A DNA stretch of 56,951 nt, taken from positions 1 to 56,951 of the forward strand of contig JALVYU010000038.1 of NCBI GenBank assembly GCA_027022365.1. Reading direction: 5' to 3'. The notes below the pieces were generated by a model. The model was not told the DNA's origin. It did not search any database and was given only the letters and a program-made list of their open reading frames with translations. Position numbers and translations under genes: made by a program. The DNA comes from Desulfurococcales archaeon. GTDB lineage: Archaea; Thermoproteota; Thermoprotei_A; Sulfolobales; Desulfurococcaceae. Below, one piece after another: positions 8,960 to 18,623 of this stretch (positions are counted from its first letter, which is position 1; the number at the start of each line of letters is the position of its first letter).

Positions 8960-9991
8960 TTGGGCCGAAACCCCTACCTGGTAGAACCGGTCAAGACAAT
9001 TGTTCCCGGCCGAAAAACTGTCTCAGAGCTATTGGAAGCCATGGCTGGCACTGCTTTCCAGGGAAGAGCGCTCGGGGAAGCCTACAGGATCATTAAGAAA
9101 ATGATTTGTGAGCCCAGGAACACTATATTCTTAGGTCTAGCTGGCTCACTGAGCACTGCCGGCATGTGGAGGCTCGTAAAATGGCTGGTCGAGAACAGGT
9201 ATGTCGATGTACTGGTCTCGACTGGAGCCAATATCTCGGAAGACATCCTCGAAGCGATGGGATACAAGTACTATAAAGGCTCGCCACTAGTCGATGACGA
9301 AGACCTCTTGAAGCATAAGATCGACAGGTTCTACGACACGTATGCTTCGGAGCTAGAATACCGGGAGATGGAGTCGCTGATCAAGGACTTCATCGAGTCC
9401 CTGCGCGGCGACACCTGCTATTCTACCCCTGAGTTCCTCTACTTGTTCGGCGAATACCTTAACGATCATGGAATAGACTCGATAATCTCCGCGGCTTACC
9501 GGGCAGGAGCCCCGGTTTTCTCACCGGCCCTAGTTGATAGTGGATATGGTATTGTGGGTATAGCGGCCTCGCTCGAGGGTAGGAGTGTCTGCATTGACAT
9601 GATGAGGGATTTCATGCAAATCGTTGATATCGGCCGTAGATCCGAGAACATCAGCGCGATATATATCGGTGGGGGAGTTCCTAAGGACTACGTCAACCTT
9701 GTGGCTGTAGCACAGACGATCATGAAGCTCTATGAGGAGGGCGAAGACTATTATAAGCCATTAAAATACGTTGTACAGATAACGACTGATGCACCACAAT
9801 GGGGTGGACTAAGCGGAGCGACACTCGAAGAGGCCGTGAGTTGGGGAAAAGCAATGCCAGGCCCCAACAAGAGGACTGTCTACTGTGACGCAACAATAGC
9901 ACTACCATTGATCGTGCACGGCCTAATCGATGAGGGGATCAAGAGAGAGGAATACCCTGATCTAAAATGGGTTTTCGAGGGGATCATGTAA
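8960..9991 (+). CDS. Deoxyhypusine synthase-family protein (SpeY/DHS-like subtype)
   Basis: FQGRALG, VSTGAN, IGGGVPK, GGLSGATLEEAVSWGK (catalytic Lys) and DATIALPL. Confidence 0.9.
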   Translation: MGRNPYLVEPVKTIVPGRKTVSELLEAMAGTAFQGRALGEAYRIIKKMICEPRNTIFLGLAGSLSTAGMWRLVKWLVENRYVDVLVSTGANISEDILEAMGYKYYKGSPLVDDEDLLKHKIDRFYDTYASELEYREMESLIKDFIESLRGDTCYSTPEFLYLFGEYLNDHGIDSIISAAYRAGAPVFSPALVDSGYGIVGIAASLEGRSVCIDMMRDFMQIVDIGRRSENISAIYIGGGVPKDYVNLVAVAQTIMKLYEEGEDYYKPLKYVVQITTDAPQWGGLSGATLEEAVSWGKAMPGPNKRTVYCDATIALPLIVHGLIDEGIKREEYPDLKWVFEGIM

Positions 9992-10386
9992 TGAGTCTCG
10001 GGAGAGGTAAGGACTCCGTGGTTGGTAAACACGTATTCGGGGACCTGTATGGCATTGATGAGAAGATAGGATATGATGAGAAACTACTTCGTGAAGCCGT
10101 GGTTAGGGCGGCCGAGATAGCGAACATGACGCTCTACGGCGTCAAATCATGGAGGTTCGGGGGAAAGAAGGGGGGAGTATCCGTTATCGCCCTAGTCCTT
10201 GAAAGCCACATAGCAGTACATACATGGCCCAAGTACAGATACGCGACGATAGACGTCTATACGTGTGGTGCCCAGAGCGATCCGGTCAAGGCCTTCGAGT
10301 ACTTGGTGGAGGTTCTGAGGCCCGAGCATTACACGATGAAAACCGCGAATAGGAGCCAGGACAAGGAGGCCTACCCATTTCCCTAG
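9991..10386 (+). CDS. Pyruvoyl-dependent arginine decarboxylase proenzyme (crenarchaeal AdoMetDC/SpeD-fold paralogue)
   Basis: E|SHIAVHTW cleavage motif; GKHVFG and WxFGGKKGGVSVIALV match the crenarchaeal ArgDC paralogue rather than AdoMetDC; TAATG overlap with the DHS-like gene. Confidence 0.78.
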   Translation: MSLGRGKDSVVGKHVFGDLYGIDEKIGYDEKLLREAVVRAAEIANMTLYGVKSWRFGGKKGGVSVIALVLESHIAVHTWPKYRYATIDVYTCGAQSDPVKAFEYLVEVLRPEHYTMKTANRSQDKEAYPFP

Positions 10387-10631
10387 GGTTTATCTCCTTA
10401 CATGTTTGTTCAACGGTTCATCTTTTTACACCTCTAACTGTCTGTCCTTATTAGTCGATTCCGTGAGTTAAATTCAGATCTATATAAACAACACATATCA
10501 GAACAATAAATATAAATCAATCATATGACTTTATAACGATATGTTCGCGATAATCTAGTTTTTCATAAACACAATATTCTTCAATACCGAGTACAAGAAT
10601 AGTATCCCCCAGTAACAACGTGGTGTCATAG

Positions 10632-11585
10632 TTGAGGCTCCTAACCTATGAAGACCTAGAAGAATATCTCAGACACAAAGACTACGTAATCATAGAAGGT
10701 AAGAAGGTCGCGCTAAAACCCATTAAGATCAAAAGGCTGACCCCGACTCCCGAAGAGCTGACAGATATCAGCACTACCGTGTGGAGTTTTCCAAAGAGAG
10801 GCCGATGGGCTTCTCATAGAAGCAATTACCGTGGCAACTGGGCACCCCAGATACCGCGTGCCTTAATAGAAATGTATAGTTCTCCGGGCGAGATTGTTCT
10901 CGATCAAATGGTGGGTGGAGGCACTACATGTATTGAGGCTAGGCTCCTAGGGAGAAACTGTATAGGCGTCGATATAAGGATGGACAGCTTAATCCTAACC
11001 CTCTACAGGCTCAGACTCATCGAGGAGTACATCGAGGAGAACATGGAGAGACTCAAGGGGGCGGAGAGGAGGGCGGCGGAAAACTATATGCGGACATGGG
11101 CTAGGATATACTTGGGTAACGCCAGCAGGCTCGATAAAATCCCTTCATCGTCAATAGATCTCGTGGCCACTCATCCCCCATACTATAATATAATAAGGTA
11201 TAGCATCGACAAACCGGTCAAAGGAGATCTATCCGGCATGCGTCGCCTCGAAGACTATCTCAAAGCCATTGGGGAAATAGCCCGTGAAACATACCGTGTC
11301 CTGAAGCCTGGGAAGTACGCGGCCTTCCTGATCGGTGATACACGTAGGCACAAGCATTACGTGCCAATATCTCATTACGTCCTCAATAAGCTCCTAGAGC
11401 CAGGCTTCATCCTTAAAGAAGAGATAATCAAGATACAACATAAGATGAAGACAACTAGGGAAGTCTGGAACAAGCTTAGGAGTAGGGATTTCCTCCTCAT
11501 ATACCATGAGAAACTATATGTGCTGAGAAAACCCGGAGAGAACGAAAAAATAAGCAGGTACAAGTATAGCCTGTTACTAGTATGA
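10632..11585 (+). CDS. Orphan N4-C/N6-A amino-methyltransferase (DNA methylase N4/N6 / Trm11-like fold)
   Basis: DQMVGGGTT SAM-binding motif, THPPY catalytic motif and RGNWAPQIPR; no restriction nuclease adjacent. Confidence 0.8.
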   Translation: MRLLTYEDLEEYLRHKDYVIIEGKKVALKPIKIKRLTPTPEELTDISTTVWSFPKRGRWASHRSNYRGNWAPQIPRALIEMYSSPGEIVLDQMVGGGTTCIEARLLGRNCIGVDIRMDSLILTLYRLRLIEEYIEENMERLKGAERRAAENYMRTWARIYLGNASRLDKIPSSSIDLVATHPPYYNIIRYSIDKPVKGDLSGMRRLEDYLKAIGEIARETYRVLKPGKYAAFLIGDTRRHKHYVPISHYVLNKLLEPGFILKEEIIKIQHKMKTTREVWNKLRSRDFLLIYHEKLYVLRKPGENEKISRYKYSLLLV

Positions 11586-11640
11586 TCAGCCAGGGGTTCC
11601 TCCTCATCCTTCTCGGCCTAGGATGCCCTAATCACTGCCC
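11583..11640 (-). ncRNA. Box C/D guide sRNA (2'-O-methylation)
   Basis: Minus strand: C GTGATTA, guide GGGCATCCTAGG, D' CCGA, C' GGATGA, guide GGAGGAACCCCTGG, D CTGA; ~50-nt core, GC-rich, intergenic. Confidence 0.78.
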
Positions 11641-11641
11641 A

Positions 11642-12973
11642 TTACTTCTCTATTACCTCGTACTTTATAATGCTTGAATCAGACCTTATCTTTAACACCA
11701 CACAGTTATCGGCCTCCACAGGAACACCGACTGTTACCGGCTTATTGCCGGAGAACACGCTTGAGTCTATGCTTGTGAGGGCGTAGATCTGCATCCCACG
11801 AGGTATACGGAGCACTAGCCTTATGTTCGACGAGTCCGTTTTGAGCTCTATTTCGTGCTTGTGCCCGGCTGAGAGGTCAAGGTCTACCAATACATTGCTA
11901 CTATCTATGTCCAGAGTCGTCGATAGCTTCTCCTCGGCCTTAAACATTATCCTTGCATTACAGCTATCCATCACAACTTCCGATGGGCCGGCAAGCTTGT
12001 TGAGGTTGAGCTTTATACTCGATGAATCAGCGTAGAGGCGTAGGCTTGTTATGGGGAGAGATGGAAGCTTTACTTTGAGGCCCGAGTTCTCTATGTCCAT
12101 GTAGATGTTATCGCTACCTATCTTTAACCTAGGCATTCCCATCTCCTTAGTCTTTCCCTCAACGACTATTCCTCCGCCTTCCTGCCTGACACTGACACTT
12201 GAGGAATCTATCTTCATCTCAAGATCGTAGTGGTCGCCCGTGAATACCTTCACTATATTTACGGGTATCTCCTTCGTAGCTATGCGTGGGAGCTTCTGGA
12301 GCGCAGATACGAGCTTCGCGCTGCCCAGCATAGCGGCGTCCACGATCTTGTTCACTATATTCTCTACCGCAAGCCCTATATCGGGTGGCGGGGGATGCTT
12401 CTCGGCCAGAGTCTTGACCCAGAAGACGTCATGACCTCTCATCATTATTATTGGTTGTAGCTTGTTTGGTGCTTCGACTATTAGGACGTCTTTAACCATT
12501 TTTAAAACATGTTTTAGTTTCTCGGGATCAATATCTATGTCGAAGTAGGCCTTAATACAGTCCTTAACTATGAGTTCTCTTCCGCTACTATACGCCTCTT
12601 CGACGATCTCTTTAGTGATATAGCATTTCCCCATATCACCGATTATAATAGGTGGCAGTTCTCTTTTCTTAGACGGGGGTTCTTCTCGTGCATCGGCCTC
12701 CCCGCCTGATAACAGGTACTTCAACGCCTTGTAGACTCGTTCTCCCTCACTTGTCAGCCTATATCTTCCATCATCGGTTTTCTCGACCAGGTCTCCCAGG
12801 CTTCGCAGATGGAAAGCAAAGGTTCCACTATCCTCTATTCCAATGTTTTTCATTAGCTCGCTATATGTCATCGGGCCTTTCTCGCCCAGCAATAGTATTA
12901 TCCTCCTTCTGGCCCAGTGGCTGAGCGCTCTTATCCTCTTCTCGATCTTCTCGTCTTCTCTAAAATCGGCCAT
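11642..12973 (-). CDS. ArsR-type wHTH regulator fused to a DUF4097/Toastrack-like beta-solenoid domain
   Basis: ALSHWARRRII...MTYSELM...GTFAFHLRSL wHTH; C-terminal repeats [I/A/M/T/S]DS[S/C]x[V/I]x[V/L]; start ATG 12973 after GGTGAC. Confidence 0.72.
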   Translation of the reverse strand: MADFREDEKIEKRIRALSHWARRRIILLLGEKGPMTYSELMKNIGIEDSGTFAFHLRSLGDLVEKTDDGRYRLTSEGERVYKALKYLLSGGEADAREEPPSKKRELPPIIIGDMGKCYITKEIVEEAYSSGRELIVKDCIKAYFDIDIDPEKLKHVLKMVKDVLIVEAPNKLQPIIMMRGHDVFWVKTLAEKHPPPPDIGLAVENIVNKIVDAAMLGSAKLVSALQKLPRIATKEIPVNIVKVFTGDHYDLEMKIDSSSVSVRQEGGGIVVEGKTKEMGMPRLKIGSDNIYMDIENSGLKVKLPSLPITSLRLYADSSSIKLNLNKLAGPSEVVMDSCNARIMFKAEEKLSTTLDIDSSNVLVDLDLSAGHKHEIELKTDSSNIRLVLRIPRGMQIYALTSIDSSVFSGNKPVTVGVPVEADNCVVLKIRSDSSIIKYEVIEK

Positions 12974-13156
12974 TCGTGTCACCAGTATAATCCTTTGTTT
13001 GTTGATTCTTAATATGGAAGCTGTGGAGCCTTGTGCTCCCTTTATCCTTAGTGGTTGTAGAGCCTTATCGATAATCTTGTCCATATGGGCTGGCGAGTCA
13101 GTTTTATAAGGCAAGAACACTATATCAAATTACGATATATCGGGAGGCGATATATT

Positions 13157-16100
13157 ATGAGAATTATGGATACAATTGTTAAACATGCCGGAGTAATACT
13201 GGTCATATGGATAATCATAGCTCTGATATCCGCGCCAACCATAACCAATTTGAATAAGATAACGGAGTTCAACGCCCAGAGAATGCTCCCAAACGGCACG
13301 GAGGCCATACAAGCGAATAATCTACTGGCCAAAATAAGGGGATCAACGGCGAATGGGATGGCTGCAATAGCCTACGATGTTATATTGGTGTCCGGTATAA
13401 ACACGAATGATACGGGACTGCTGAGATGGGATCACGTATTCGGTGAAAGAGTTAAACCATATGTTAAAGACTATGTGAGTCCTTACCGCGTAGCAAATGA
13501 AGCAATAACCGATATCACGCCGAAAATAAACAACACGGCTGAGAGGATCTTCGAAGGGCTAAACAAGTCCTATACTATGTTGAGCCAACTATACATCCAT
13601 AGATACGAGATCATACACGGCATTAAGATGTTGTCTAGACAGCTCCACATGCTGAGAGAAACAGCTGACCAACTATATGGCAACAGGACAGTTATAAGGG
13701 AAAAAGCAAAACAGCTCCTGGCCAACCTAACCATGCTTAAAGAAGCCTATATCGAGTCCTGCATCGGGTACAATGCGAGCATAAGAGGGCTAGAGAAACT
13801 CCTAGCGTACTACCCCGAGATAAGAAAAGCCCTCGTTATGGGGGATACGCTCTATCATGAACTATACATTGAGGAGCCTAGGATCTACGCATCAATGATC
13901 ATGTTGAATAAGACGATAACAGGGCTCAACAAACTCTTCTACAACATGAGCACGACATACGATGTAGCAGTATTCAATACAATCAGGATATACTACCTGT
14001 TGAAATACCATACAGATGCTTTCACCCGGGGGCTCAGCCAAGCAGATATCATGATAGTACTTAATCTAACAAAGGATGTATCCCCGAAAATTAGCCCATC
14101 GATGATAGTAGGTGTATACTATGCCGTAATAACAATGTATAAGAACCCTGAGAATCTCACGCTCCAGGATCTATACACGCTTACATCGAGGATGTTGTTA
14201 AAAGAGGCGGCATCATCATTAGATCCCAAAGACAAGGCTGCAGTAGAACTATTCATCGACAATTACTCATTAAGCCTCTATAACTACACGTACAATGAGC
14301 TCATCCGGGAAAACATTACCAGCCTCGCATTACTCTACGCTATAGAGCCTGTAAAAGCACAACTACTAACAATGAAAACCATTATGGATGCCCATAAGTA
14401 TGCATTACCAGCGAGCGTTACTGTCTTTGCGAAGGAATACTCGGACCTACTTGCCAGAATAGGAGTTATTAATGAAAGAGAGAAGCCGCTTGTCGAGGCA
14501 GCGGCAATCACTGCTTATAAACTAGGAGAGAACCCAGGGCAAAAAGAGATCTCCGAAGCCGTGATAAATATTGTAGAGCCCGCGATCACTAATCAAACGA
14601 ACGGTAAGTTGCCGGGAGAGGCGGTCAAAGCCTATCTAGAATCACTATACAATAATGGGCCTGTCAGAGAACCTGCACTAAAAGCTCTCACGATAACACT
14701 TAGCAATGCGGATATGCCTGCAAATCTAACGAAACTAGTACTGGAAACCATTCTCTCATACGATCCAAGAGCACAAGGCACTATCGAGTACAACCCCTAT
14801 ATAGCCTATAAGGCATCCGTAGAGATACTAGCAAAGATCAGTGGTCTCCCGACAGAAATCATAGAACAAACAATTACTCTAGGGCGAGACTACATCCCTG
14901 TAATAGCGGGGGCCTTGCTTGAAGAAAAGCTAGCGGAGAAGACAGGCGACAAAGTCCTAGCAACAATAATTGCCAACATAATCATGGAGAATAAGGGTAG
15001 AACGAGTCTACAGGGATTTATGGAGCTAGTAAACAGGTTATTCGGAACCATGAGAAACAATGCTATGCTCGAAATGGTTCCGAGTCCACTCATAAAATAC
15101 ATTGTCATGGACATATGGTACGGCAACATCACAGACTTAGAGGTCTGGAGGCTTCTCCTAGGAACACCGATAGCGTATATTGCTTATAAGGAGGGAGGCA
15201 TAACTGACCCGGTTAGACTCGCCGAGATAATCAATGAGTCAGCAATAGTCAACAGCATAATTAATAATACCTACCCCGATCACCCGGACAAATACATTAT
15301 CAACGACGCCTTGATGTTGGAGAAAATACTTGGTGCACCAAGTAATTCGGAAATACCTATAATCAAAAATATTGACCGGAGTAGATTGATGCTGTTACTG
15401 CTCAAATATCCTGAGAACCTTACCAGCAGAGACGTAGCACTAATACTTTACGAGATATACTCCAACACGCTCCCGACTACTGGCACGGACGGTTTCAACA
15501 AGACGATCATAAAGGATATGATCATTAGGATAATTGGTGATGCAGAGCCTCCGAAACAAGTCATTATCGAAGAGACGCTATCTCTCCTACCGAGCAACAT
15601 CAGCAGAACGACGATTGAACCCGCTATTATCGAGGCTATCGACGAGAAAAGCCCCAAGCCGATATATTCTGCACTAATGGCTCAGATCAATCAGACGATA
15701 CTCGAGAAGGTATTAGAGGCCTTCAACAAGACATTGGTAAGCCCCGACGGTAGATCATTCATTGTACTCATAGATCCTAGGGGCACCAAGTTAGAACAAC
15801 TATACAGTAACGCCATGAAAGCAAAAGATATAGCGAATAAGACCTTATGGGCTACGGGATATATACCCTCATACATTGGAGTTACAGGAGACCATGTACT
15901 GGTAGAGGAGATGAAGAATGCGAGCGAGAGAGACATAGCCACCGTCAACAGGGTGTCAATGATCGCGCCGTTCATTATAGCGCTAATAATTATCGGCGGC
16001 GTGATTGCGGCGGGCCTGCCCTTCATAGGTATAGGGATGGCGATACTACTGAGTCTAGCAATAATCTATTTGCTCGGCTCACTCGGAATCATAACCGTCA

Positions 16101-17554
16101 CGTCGTGGAGCAGGATGCTAATGATAACAACCGCCTTCGGACTCGGAATGGATTATAGTAGCTACATAGTACTGAGGTTCAAGGAGGAGATAGCGAGACA
16201 AGGCAAGAGAGAAGCCGCGAAGACGGCGATCAAGCAGACCCTGCCAGCGATCATGGCAGCCGCCAGCACGGATATCATCGGTTTCGCCGTGATGCTCCTA
16301 GCATGGGACTTCCCGCTTCTCTCAAGCATAGGCCAGACAATACCGTTCGCAGTTCTAGCAGTTCTACTCGTCAGCCTGACACTTACCCCGGCACTACTAG
16401 CGTTGTTCGGCGATAAGAAGTGGTTCTGGTGGCCTCACAGGGCCGAGAAGGGAGGAGCGCACTGGGGCGGCTTCAAGATTAACAGGCGTAGAGCTGTCGG
16501 CATAATCCTCGTATCGCTTATCATCATGGGTGTTGGAGCGTATGGTCTAGCAACATTTAATGGTAGTCATGACTACAGTGTTTTCCTGCCAGCCGGCACG
16601 CCTGGATACGAGACCTATGTTAAGCTTGAAAACATAATGCCTATGGGCGAGCTATTACCCGTTTATGTTGTAGGTATAGCCAACGACAACGTGTTCAGCA
16701 ACAAGACCCTGAACGCGCTGAGGGATCTTGCCTCGGTTATAAGCAGGATACCGGGCGTTGAGGCTGTTTATGGGCCGCAGAACCCGGGCGGCAGACCGAA
16801 GACATATTATGTCGCCAGCGACAACAGGACGTTCATGCTAGAGGTAATTATGAAGCCAAGCCCTGAGAGCAGGGAAGGGATAGAGCTCACCAAGAAGATA
16901 ATCGATGCAGTGCACAGCTACCATAACCCGGTGTTTAAGAAGCTTCTTGTCGGCGGGCTCTCGGTTATCGATGTCGAGATAGAGAAGATGCTGAACCGGG
17001 ACTTCTGGCACAAGATATTCCCGGTCGGCATAGCGTTGATGTGGCTTGCAATGACCCTCAGCTTCGCCAGTATATGGGCGGGCATCATAGCAATGATAAC
17101 TATAGCTGCAGGATACATGATTGGCGTGACAACAGCATCACTAATACCAAGGTTATATGGTATTCCAGCACTCTGGTTCCTACCACTAATGCTATTCCCG
17201 GCAGTGCTGGGCGTAGGTATGGACTACAACAGCTTCTACATGAACAGGTTCCGTGAAGAACTAGATAAAACGAGAGGAAAAGACTCGTACGGGGCAGCAT
17301 ATCGCTCCATAAGAGCTGTAAGCCACCTCGTGATCGGTCTTGGAAGCATAGTGACAGCAACATATGCATCACTAATACTGGGGAGTAGCTGGGGGATCAA
17401 GGAGATCGGAATAGCTTTATCCGTGGGCGTACTAACGATAACAATAATGTCGGCGCTAGCATTAACCCCGGCCCTGCTGGCATTACTTGGCAGGGCAGCG
17501 TGGTGGCCTTATTCAAGGAGGTGGAAATCGAGTGAAATTAACACGGATAAGTAG
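13157..17554 (+). CDS. Giant MMPL/RND-family transporter (~1465 aa)
   Basis: 1+5 / 1+5 TM pattern, GLGMDY and GVGMDY signatures, LTPALL motifs, ~900-aa first extracytoplasmic loop; start after GGAGG. Confidence 0.88.
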   Translation: MRIMDTIVKHAGVILVIWIIIALISAPTITNLNKITEFNAQRMLPNGTEAIQANNLLAKIRGSTANGMAAIAYDVILVSGINTNDTGLLRWDHVFGERVKPYVKDYVSPYRVANEAITDITPKINNTAERIFEGLNKSYTMLSQLYIHRYEIIHGIKMLSRQLHMLRETADQLYGNRTVIREKAKQLLANLTMLKEAYIESCIGYNASIRGLEKLLAYYPEIRKALVMGDTLYHELYIEEPRIYASMIMLNKTITGLNKLFYNMSTTYDVAVFNTIRIYYLLKYHTDAFTRGLSQADIMIVLNLTKDVSPKISPSMIVGVYYAVITMYKNPENLTLQDLYTLTSRMLLKEAASSLDPKDKAAVELFIDNYSLSLYNYTYNELIRENITSLALLYAIEPVKAQLLTMKTIMDAHKYALPASVTVFAKEYSDLLARIGVINEREKPLVEAAAITAYKLGENPGQKEISEAVINIVEPAITNQTNGKLPGEAVKAYLESLYNNGPVREPALKALTITLSNADMPANLTKLVLETILSYDPRAQGTIEYNPYIAYKASVEILAKISGLPTEIIEQTITLGRDYIPVIAGALLEEKLAEKTGDKVLATIIANIIMENKGRTSLQGFMELVNRLFGTMRNNAMLEMVPSPLIKYIVMDIWYGNITDLEVWRLLLGTPIAYIAYKEGGITDPVRLAEIINESAIVNSIINNTYPDHPDKYIINDALMLEKILGAPSNSEIPIIKNIDRSRLMLLLLKYPENLTSRDVALILYEIYSNTLPTTGTDGFNKTIIKDMIIRIIGDAEPPKQVIIEETLSLLPSNISRTTIEPAIIEAIDEKSPKPIYSALMAQINQTILEKVLEAFNKTLVSPDGRSFIVLIDPRGTKLEQLYSNAMKAKDIANKTLWATGYIPSYIGVTGDHVLVEEMKNASERDIATVNRVSMIAPFIIALIIIGGVIAAGLPFIGIGMAILLSLAIIYLLGSLGIITVTSWSRMLMITTAFGLGMDYSSYIVLRFKEEIARQGKREAAKTAIKQTLPAIMAAASTDIIGFAVMLLAWDFPLLSSIGQTIPFAVLAVLLVSLTLTPALLALFGDKKWFWWPHRAEKGGAHWGGFKINRRRAVGIILVSLIIMGVGAYGLATFNGSHDYSVFLPAGTPGYETYVKLENIMPMGELLPVYVVGIANDNVFSNKTLNALRDLASVISRIPGVEAVYGPQNPGGRPKTYYVASDNRTFMLEVIMKPSPESREGIELTKKIIDAVHSYHNPVFKKLLVGGLSVIDVEIEKMLNRDFWHKIFPVGIALMWLAMTLSFASIWAGIIAMITIAAGYMIGVTTASLIPRLYGIPALWFLPLMLFPAVLGVGMDYNSFYMNRFREELDKTRGKDSYGAAYRSIRAVSHLVIGLGSIVTATYASLILGSSWGIKEIGIALSVGVLTITIMSALALTPALLALLGRAAWWPYSRRWKSSEINTDK

Positions 17555-17858
17555 AGCAGTAATTCTTTTTATAATATATAAGTACAGGCCCCACGGCTAC
17601 GAGCTCATGAAGCTCATAGCCAAGATCAGTAATGGGCTCCTAACTCCGGGTCCAGGCACTATCTATCCCCTCCTATTCCTCCTTAAGAAGAGAGGGCTCA
17701 TCAGAGAGGTATCAGAGGAGGGGGATAGGAAGAAGAGATACGAGGTAACACAACATGGAGTAGAATTTCTAAAGGAAATTCTCCCCAGCCTCAAGGGAGC
17801 CCTCCTGAACTTCCTGGATGTCATAGATTACTTCGAGAAAAACGAGGTATCGGGTTAA
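17532..17858 (+). CDS. PadR-family transcriptional regulator
   Basis: HGYEL..PGPGTIYPLL..L.KRGLI...RKKRYEVT; GTG start after GGAGGTG, overlapping the MMPL stop. Confidence 0.88.
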   Translation: MKLTRISRAVILFIIYKYRPHGYELMKLIAKISNGLLTPGPGTIYPLLFLLKKRGLIREVSEEGDRKKRYEVTQHGVEFLKEILPSLKGALLNFLDVIDYFEKNEVSG

Positions 17859-18481
17859 GGATATATTTTCCTCCCAAAACCATTTCTTGTCGATGAATTA
17901 TCGTATATCTCCTTGACCCTGAACAAGAGAGCCGGATAATTGCTTCTCCCACTATGTGGTTTATGAAATATGTCGTGGAAGGCGTTTAGGAACCTCTTAT
18001 AAGGATTATTGTCGTCCACTATTATCTCTACAAGCGTGCGGACCTCATAACTGGTCGTTGGAGGAGTGTAAAAGAGAAGAGTCGCTTCCCGGCTGAATTT
18101 CAGGTTTTCCCATGTGTGATTAAACCCCATCTCTAAGCCTCCTATAAGTGTCGGATCAATTTTCTCGTCGATATAGAATTCATTGTAAAGCAGACAGGCA
18201 GCTCTCCTAGGATCAAGTATCTCTTCGTAAGCGTATTTCTCGGCTTTCTCAGCATATTCTAGAATGTATCTTTTCTTCGGGACTGGGCCGACCATTTTAA
18301 CACTACCGTTAGGCCCGGCCGGGCCACACGTTATCACTACAGGTGTCGCTCTCGTGAATCCCAGCATGAAGACATCCATCCCGGCACTGCCTTTACACAT
18401 TCTTTCCAATAGTTCTTTTCTTTCCTGAAAGAAGTATTTCCAGAACTTTGTTATCTCCTTCTTAGCCATTTGTGTCGCCAA
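17855..18481 (-). CDS. Hypothetical protein, probable FMN-binding split-barrel (PNPOx-like)
   Basis: HTWENL...EATLLFY.PP.TSYEVR and LFRVKEIYDNS resemble PNPOx-like folds. Confidence 0.55.
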   Translation of the reverse strand: MATQMAKKEITKFWKYFFQERKELLERMCKGSAGMDVFMLGFTRATPVVITCGPAGPNGSVKMVGPVPKKRYILEYAEKAEKYAYEEILDPRRAACLLYNEFYIDEKIDPTLIGGLEMGFNHTWENLKFSREATLLFYTPPTTSYEVRTLVEIIVDDNNPYKRFLNAFHDIFHKPHSGRSNYPALLFRVKEIYDNSSTRNGFGRKIYP

Positions 18482-18623
18482 ATACTTTTGTAGTGTTTAT
18501 ATAGACTATAATTAAATATCGCCGGGATAGTTAGATATGTTTTTGTGATGATTTCAAGATACTAATATAATAGGTTAGTACATGTATAATATCTATATTG
18601 AGGAGAACTGGAGGATACACATC

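Noticed and set aside
10632-11585. Restriction-modification system
   Set aside because: No adjacent endonuclease or specificity subunit; the PD-(D/E)xK gene is 25 kb away.
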